A stretch of DNA of 64,000 nt from Gnetum montanum. Taxonomy: Eukaryota; Plantae; Gnetophyta. The first letter of the stretch is position 1; each line of letters starts with the position of its first letter. The notes below the pieces were generated by a model. It was given only the letters and a program-made list of their open reading frames with translations. It was not told the origin of the DNA and did not search any database. Below are positions 57,401-64,000 of the stretch, one piece after another. The position numbers and the translations under genes are program-made. The stretch lies in NCBI GenBank assembly GCA_015680685.1, contig MNCI01000825.1:133625-197624 (forward strand), written 5' to 3'.

Positions 57401-60400
57401 TCATCACCACTCATTCCTACCTATTACTCTTGCTCACTAGAGAGCCATTCATGAAATTTGTGCAACTATTGAGAAGTTGTAGCAATATTTGGCACTATTT
57501 TCTGAGTGGGTGTTGGAGGTTGTGGTTGTTAGTCCTCTTCTTGGATGGCTTTTGTTGGAACTTTGTCCTTTATCATCTCCCTCAAGTTTGCGGATGGAGC
57601 ACATCGAACATTGTCATTTGTATAACGGGTTATCCCTCCTCTCTGACATATTTTTCTAATGAGGCATGAAAAGGGGAGTGCATTCCTTCCACATTCATTC
57701 TTCTTGAAGCACTTTTCTATTGCAAAATAGATTAGCTGCAGAAGGTTGACAAGGAATCTACCACTTAAAGTGGCACATGCATGGGTAGAGAAGGTAGTGA
57801 TCTTACTTGGCCTTACTGTTGGATTGAGGGAAAATTTCATAATCATGTAGTAGATTGTCTTCATTGGTGTGAGTGCACCATACTCCTTATGATCGACCCC
57901 ATAACATCATTGTGTCCATTCTTTCTTGATGCTGGGGTCTTCCTATATTGGAATCTCAATGATATTTGCACTAGTTTCTAGTAACCCAAGTATCTTTGAA
58001 ATGGATTACATCGAGTAGGACACTAAACTATCCTTGATCTTGACCGTTGAACTAGCTTTCCCATGTACCACTTTCCACTAGAAGAGATGATGGGCCACAT
58101 GGAAGAGTCCTCGAGTTGATCTTGTACTTCTTGAGATGCTTGCTCCAAGAAAGAGCCAAAATCTAACTCTTGGAGCTCCATTTTCTGAACCTATTTTAAT
58201 TTGATCTACTTGAGGTAGGTTTTTGTCAAGGTCACCTCAATGTTTGCTTGTGAAGCTGGTGCCTCATTCCAATGGGATTACTCTATTGTTGCTACTTGTT
58301 CTTGAATCAAACATATAAATTCCACCTCAGGCTCCTCCCTAAGAGGTCACATAGCATGCATTAATGCTTGTTCTAATTGGGCCTATTTTTGGCCGTTTCC
58401 CATTTATGGTCATTTTTCCCATGGCTGTGATGGTCCTCTTTCCTGTGTTTGCTTCCCCTTTGGTGTCATCTATGGTCACAACACATCCAAGGATTAGTAT
58501 ATATAATGTGTAACTTATAATGTTTTGATACCTTTTCTCATTAGTTAGTTACACTTAGGTTAAGGTTGGAACATGGTAGATTGGTTATTTTATTATTATT
58601 TTATTAATTTTTAAGTTCAAAGTGTTACCGAAGCTAGTTGGAAGAGTTTAACTTTTGTAATTTGATGTTTTCATGTTGGTTTCTTTGGTAAAAATTTGTG
58701 GGAGTTAGAAACATTTGGGAAAATTTTTGATCAAAAAATTTAGGTTGTAGACCCCACAACTAAGAGCTTATCTTCAATAGCTAAAAGGTCAAAGAATAGA
58801 GTGATTTGGACAAATAGTTAGGAAGATATGGCTTCTAGAAGGTTATGGGCTCTGAAAACTGCAAAAACTCCTCTAGCTTTTGAAATGAAATCTAAAAAAT
58901 TCAAAGTGTGGGCATGTATCTATATACTATTTTTGTGTTGCGTTGATGGGGTCACATATACGTAGGGGGTCCATCAACAAGTACCTGTTTATGAAGGATG
59001 TAAGCAAAATTTTTCAACTTGAATTTCTCATAAAATACATGGTTTTTTTTTGATGAAAGTGGAGTCCATGGAGTCCTAGAAAAGCTAAGAACTTGATGGA
59101 ATCATCAAAGAGGATCTTTGAAAGCTCAAATATTGAAAAATTGGGTGAAAAATGTATTTATTGAAGAAATTTCCTTAAGAAGTGCATAGTTGAATGCATC
59201 GGATAAGGCATACGAAGGTTTGGATTGTGGGAATGTCTAAGGATGAGGTATGTAACTAACCCAACCAAGAGATATGCAAGTGGGCCCACCCCATAGTAGG
59301 TACATGCCTATTTTTCCACTACATAACTCAACCTAAGAAGTTTGTGGACCCCATAGGTGATTAATGGTTATGAAAGTTAAGGTTCAAAACTTGGAAGAAT
59401 CAACCTAAGAATTTAGGCACGTTAAACCAAGACATCAAACAAGGACATGAATACTGACAGTGAGGTGAGTTATGGAAAGCATAGATGGATGAGAGAAAAA
59501 GTGGAATGGAGTTCCTGATTAAGGTTACATGAAGTCCTTTGTGAATTTTAAGGTTAAATGACTTGATAAAATTCATCCCTAGTCCCGACCAAAATTCAGT
59601 GACTTTGCATCATCACTCTAAGATTAGTCCACCTCCTTGAGACGTAAGAGTGCTCCCGTAGATCAAACATTGTTCCTTATAGAGAAGAAATGAAAAGTAG
59701 GAAGTGAGAAAGGACCTTATTTAGAGGGGACCTTCAAGCATGGGTAACATGTCTTTCTAGTTCCATAACTAGTGCTTGTAGTCCATTATTTTGTCTAAGG
59801 GATGTGCTTTGAATTTTCATCATCATTTTTTTCATTTTTTCATTTTTTATTTTATTTTTTTCTTTTTTTTTCTTTTATTGATGGAAGCCACACCATGCAA
59901 AGACTTATTCAACTTCTTGTTATTGGTTAACATGGAAGAGTAAGAAATCCATGAAAACACTCATGCACCCAAGTAAGTAGAAGGGTACAAAGAGTATTGA
60001 GCCCCCTTGAAGTCACATCCTATTCAAAACTTTGAATCCTTTTAAAGTCTAGAAACTACCAAGGTCACCTATTCTTTAAAGTTTTACTTGATGAAGAAGA
60101 ACCTCATATTTCGAAAACAAGGAAAACCATAGAGTTTGTGGATGGGTGAATGTCATGGACTCACTGCCTATTCCATGAAAAGAAAATCATGTCTTAGTTA
60201 TCTGGACCAAAATTCAAAAATAGAAATCAGACATTAGTAATCAAAAACAACAATAAGTACGAATCACCATTAACAATATCTACAACACCATTGTGTCTTG
60301 TTGGCAATAAATACTTTATTAGTAGAAATTTAGAAAATCACAAGGAAATTATACAAGAAAGTGTAAAATATTCAAGAAAAATCAAATGTACCAATGATGG

Positions 60401-61080
60401 TGTAAAAATAAAATAAGAAAAAAATATAAAACAAAAAGTGTAAGATAAGCAAGGTGTAAAACAAAAATGTGTATAACAAAAAATAGAAAAATTGAGGAAC
60501 CACATAAATGGTTAGAATAGATGGCCATCTCTCCCATGACTGAGTTAGAAGGAGGAGATTCAAAAGATTGAGTGAGGTTGTCCATTTGATGAGGTATTGC
60601 TTCCACTGGCTTGGTTGGGCTTATGGAAAAGTTTGACTTGTTGCGTGTTGACTAGCTACTTTTCATTTGGACATTCAAGTTTGTAGATTAACATGGCCAT
60701 AGAAGGGAAGGTTGCATCAATTATGTAAAGTCCCTTCCACAATGTTTGAAATTTAGTTTGTTGTGGAACATGTATGGGGTTCTAGTAGAGGACCTTATTT
60801 GTAGGTTGAAATTTGAATTTCCTTACTCTTAGGTCATGTCATTACTTATTGAATGCCTTGTGCACTTCATTCAAGGATAGGACCATTAATCAGTGTTCAT
60901 CTAGCACGTTTAGTTTGATTAATCATTCTCTTTGTACTAGACTCAGATCAAGATCCAAGTTGCATCTTGTTGAAAGTGTATAGAGCTTGGATTGAATAGA
61001 AATTATTGGTAGCTTCCTGTACACCAACTCATAGGAAGAGTAGCCTATAGGAAGTTTCCATGTTGAGCAGTAGGCCCAAA

Positions 61081-62775
61081 TGAAACACCACCAAATTTGG
61101 GCTACAACATCTTAACTATAAATTTTCCTAAGTGTTAGCATGAGCTCACTTTCTAAAAATTTTTCTAAGTGCTGGGACTACGCTCTCCATTGTCCAAAAG
61201 CATAGTTAGCCTAGTGGAGAGTATAGTCATCTCCAAAGATTGATTTTTTGCAATTTTTCCTAAGTGTTAGTATGAAGCAAGAACTTGCAAATTCTTGTAA
61301 GCGTTGGGACTATGCTTTCCACTGCCTCATAGCGTAGTTAGCTTAGTAGAGAGTGTAGTCAACATACAAGGGCTAGTTTACAATTTTTTCTAAGTGACAA
61401 GCTAGTAGCTATAGATTTTTTTAAGTGCTGAGACTATGCTCTCCACTACACTGGAGCGTAGTCAAGCGTAGTTAGCATGGAAGACCTAGTTTGGCAGAAA
61501 TTTTCTAAGTGTTGAGACTACGCTCTTCACTAGACTAGAGCGTAGTCAACTAGAAGCTAGCTTTTGCAAAAACTTTTCCAAGTGATGGGACTATGCTCAA
61601 CCCTAGTTGGGATTCTAGCCAACCTCCTGTGAAGAGCGTAGCCTACACACAAGCATTTTTCTATAAATTTTTCTAAGTGTTGGGCTACGCTCTCCCCTAG
61701 TCTAGAGTGTAGTCGAGTGTCGCTAGCCAGAATGGCCTCCAAAGGCCTCCACAACACAACATCAGCACTTAGCTCAACTCCAACACATCCCTAGAAAGTG
61801 TAGTTAGCAAAAATGGATCTTTGTTGTACCCCTATTTTTCCCAAAATTATAACTACACTCGATCCCACTTAAGATACTGGACAATGTAGTCTCGAAGCAT
61901 AGTCTCCAAAGTTGCATTTCTTTTTACATTTTTCAAGTACATTATGGTCTTTTTGGCACATGAACATGCAATTGATAACATAGTCATAGTTTGGCAATCT
62001 TGCAAAGTCCATTGGAGCACACTAGAGCATAACACTGCTTACTTCAGTGGAGAGTGTAGTTGGGTGCAGTGTAGTCCCAACTATCCCATTGCCACGTGAC
62101 AACCGATCCACATTTTATGGGAACCTTAGGCCTATAAATACCCTAGTCCTTGACATTTTAGGGGTTGGCAAATTTAAAGGTTGGCATTCTTGGCATTTGG
62201 CATTTTTGAAGCACATTTGGCATCTCCGCAAAGCAAGGCATTCACACACCACCATAGCTCACCACAGACCACTGTAGTCCACTGCACACCATGATGACCA
62301 ACTTGGTAGGCACAAACACCATGGTAGAATATTAATCTTTGTGGCTAGACACCCTAGAGACTATGACTACACTATCCATTGTGGCTGTTGTACACCATGT
62401 ACCTTCTCACCCCTTCTGAGGTTAACTATGCTCAACCCCATTTGGGGTAGTGTCGCTTTCTCTCTCACTCTCCTTCTATGCATTTTTAGCATTTTTACTT
62501 ACATTTTTGCTATTTTTACACATATACACATGTTGACACCTTCATTTTGCACCAAACCCCTAACTACGCTCACCCCCACTGACACCATGAACACTATGCA
62601 AACACTTAGCACCATTTTGGCATCACATTTGGTAAGTTCCCATTTGATTGAAAAGGTTTTTTTGGGCACCCCGCCTTCACCTCTAGTAGGCCCTCATGTG
62701 GATGGGGGGTTAAAGCTATGTGCCTATGAACCTCTTGGTGTTTCATTCTAACTGAAGACATTTTTGGTCACTACA
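61081..62775 (+). mobile_element. Solo LTR (1695 bp) inserted in the integrase of element D
   Basis: TGAAACACC..CACTACA termini. Flanks CCAAA and CTAGA are each one transition from CCAGA, and removing the insert restores integrase ..NDAL(W)AY... CTATAAATAC box near 62132. Confidence 0.85.
61120..61720. repeat. Degenerate tandem array inside the solo LTR; each unit carries an inverted repeat
   Basis: Recurring TTTTCTAAGTGyTGrGACTAyGCTCT..GAGyGTAGTy. Clearest unit: GACTACGCTC-N12-GAGCGTAGTC near 61516-61547. Confidence 0.85.
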
Positions 62776-64000
62776 CTAGAGGGCATCATTGAGTTTTGTG
62801 CTCTAGTCTCTCCTATATTTTCTAACAGTTCTTATTAAGATCTTTGTAATCTCTCTATTAGTAACCTCTACTTGACCATTGGCTTGTAGGTGGTAGGGTG
62901 TTAATTTATGTTCAACCCCTAAGTGTTACATGAGCGTACAAAAAGTGGTGCATGTGAAATGGATTCCATTGTCAAAAATTAGTGCACGTGGCACCCAAAA
63001 CCTATTTATAATGTGTTGTTTAAAAAATTGAGTAGCAATGGATGATGTACTGCTTCTACCCATTTAGTATAGTAGTTAATGACAATGATAAAGTATGCCT
63101 TTTCATTGGACATGGCTATGATGAAATCCATAAAGTCTATGCCCCATATGTTAAAGGGTTCCAGTGGTTGGATTCACTGTTGAGGTCCCTCCATTTGCAC
63201 GATTATCCCACCATCTCGTATTGGAAAAATTGGTGGACATCCTTGAAGATTGTTGGCCAATAGTACCCTACCATTAGGATTTTAATGGTCATGCATCTTC
63301 CTACATAGTGCCCTTTGAAAGGACCCTCATGAGAATTTTGGAGAATGCACACTTGATCAATATCATGGATACACCAATGAACTAGGCCATCGGTGCATAC
63401 CTTGTAAAGATGTCCATTGATTTCCATGAATTTCTTGGCCTAATGAAGAAGCATTTATTTCTTCTTATGGTCTAGATGTTATGGAATCTCTTGAGTGAGA
63501 AGATAAGTGAGGATGTCATCATACCATTTTGGTTGTATGGGCACTTGGTCATTAATTACTCTAACAAAGAGGAGTTCATCAGGAAATTAATCAGAGAGTT
63601 GACTCTCCCCCTCTTTATTATCCCATCTTAACTGAGAGAGATGATTAATGACCACATTCTCAATCTCCATTTGATATACCATAATAAGATCAAATTATTG
63701 TAAGATCACCAGCTATCGTATGACACAAGGGCTCACCATTGGCTTGTTTATTAGGAAGCAAATGGCACTATGGTCAGTGTGTACAAACGCTTTGTACCCA
63801 AGCACATAGTGCCTAAAATTTTCCAAAGCATACACCACTACCATCAGTTCTTTCTTCATTGTGGTGTAATTAAGCTGTGCACTCACAATGCTTCGGCTTG
63901 CATAGTGGATCTAATATGGATGCTTTTGATTGTCCAACTATGTTAGCATAGCTTTCAATGCATAATTTGATGCATCTAACATGATATGAAATGCTTTGGG

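Larger units (their letters stand above)
54556..64000 (-). mobile_element. Athila-like element D (3' portion): 3' LTR 54556-55442, accessory ORF about 55700-58470, integrase and RNase H about 60620-64000
   Basis: Related LTR termini and GGGGTTA PPT motif. Inverted homology to element C across integrase and the 3' non-coding region. Integrase remnant (HEGPFKGHY..KILMVGYYWPTIFKDVH). Accessory ORF motif GRFLVNLLQLIYFAI..LPFSCLIRKIC. Confidence 0.9.

Noticed and set aside
61120-61720. Palindromic repeats with variable spacers resembling a CRISPR array
   Set aside because: Eukaryotic LTR context, degenerate repeats, spacers related to each other, and no cas genes.

Overview
Land-plant nuclear DNA, mostly transposon-derived. 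The one host gene is a dihydropyrimidinase (PYD2-like) on the minus strand. Eleven coding exons can be traced with GT-AG junctions and consistent phases from about 38.6 kb down to 6.7 kb, and its 3' exons lie beyond the window start. Three introns are very large (15.2 kb, 14.1 kb, >6.6 kb). They hold L1-type LINEs, two interleaved Ty1/copia relics, a non-autonomous LTR element with intact TSD, and a tRNA-derived SINE. Upstream of the gene (39-64 kb) lie a decayed LINE, an 896-N gap and a nest of Athila-like Ty3/gypsy elements plus a solo LTR. Main finding: three divergent copies of one LINE family carry an unusual ORF2 C-terminal extension of roughly 500 codons after the RT and zinc-finger region. 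It consists of a 'VNLP..HxGLI' domain, a coiled coil, and, in the two copies whose 3' end is in the window, a terminal DnaJ/J-domain-like module with HSD in place of HPD. One copy is a 5'-truncated insertion with a perfect 15-bp TSD, so this module travels as the element's 3' end. A fragment resembling a mitochondrial-plasmid DNA polymerase B is also embedded in a copia RT. All family assignments come from reading motifs by eye; no database search was run.
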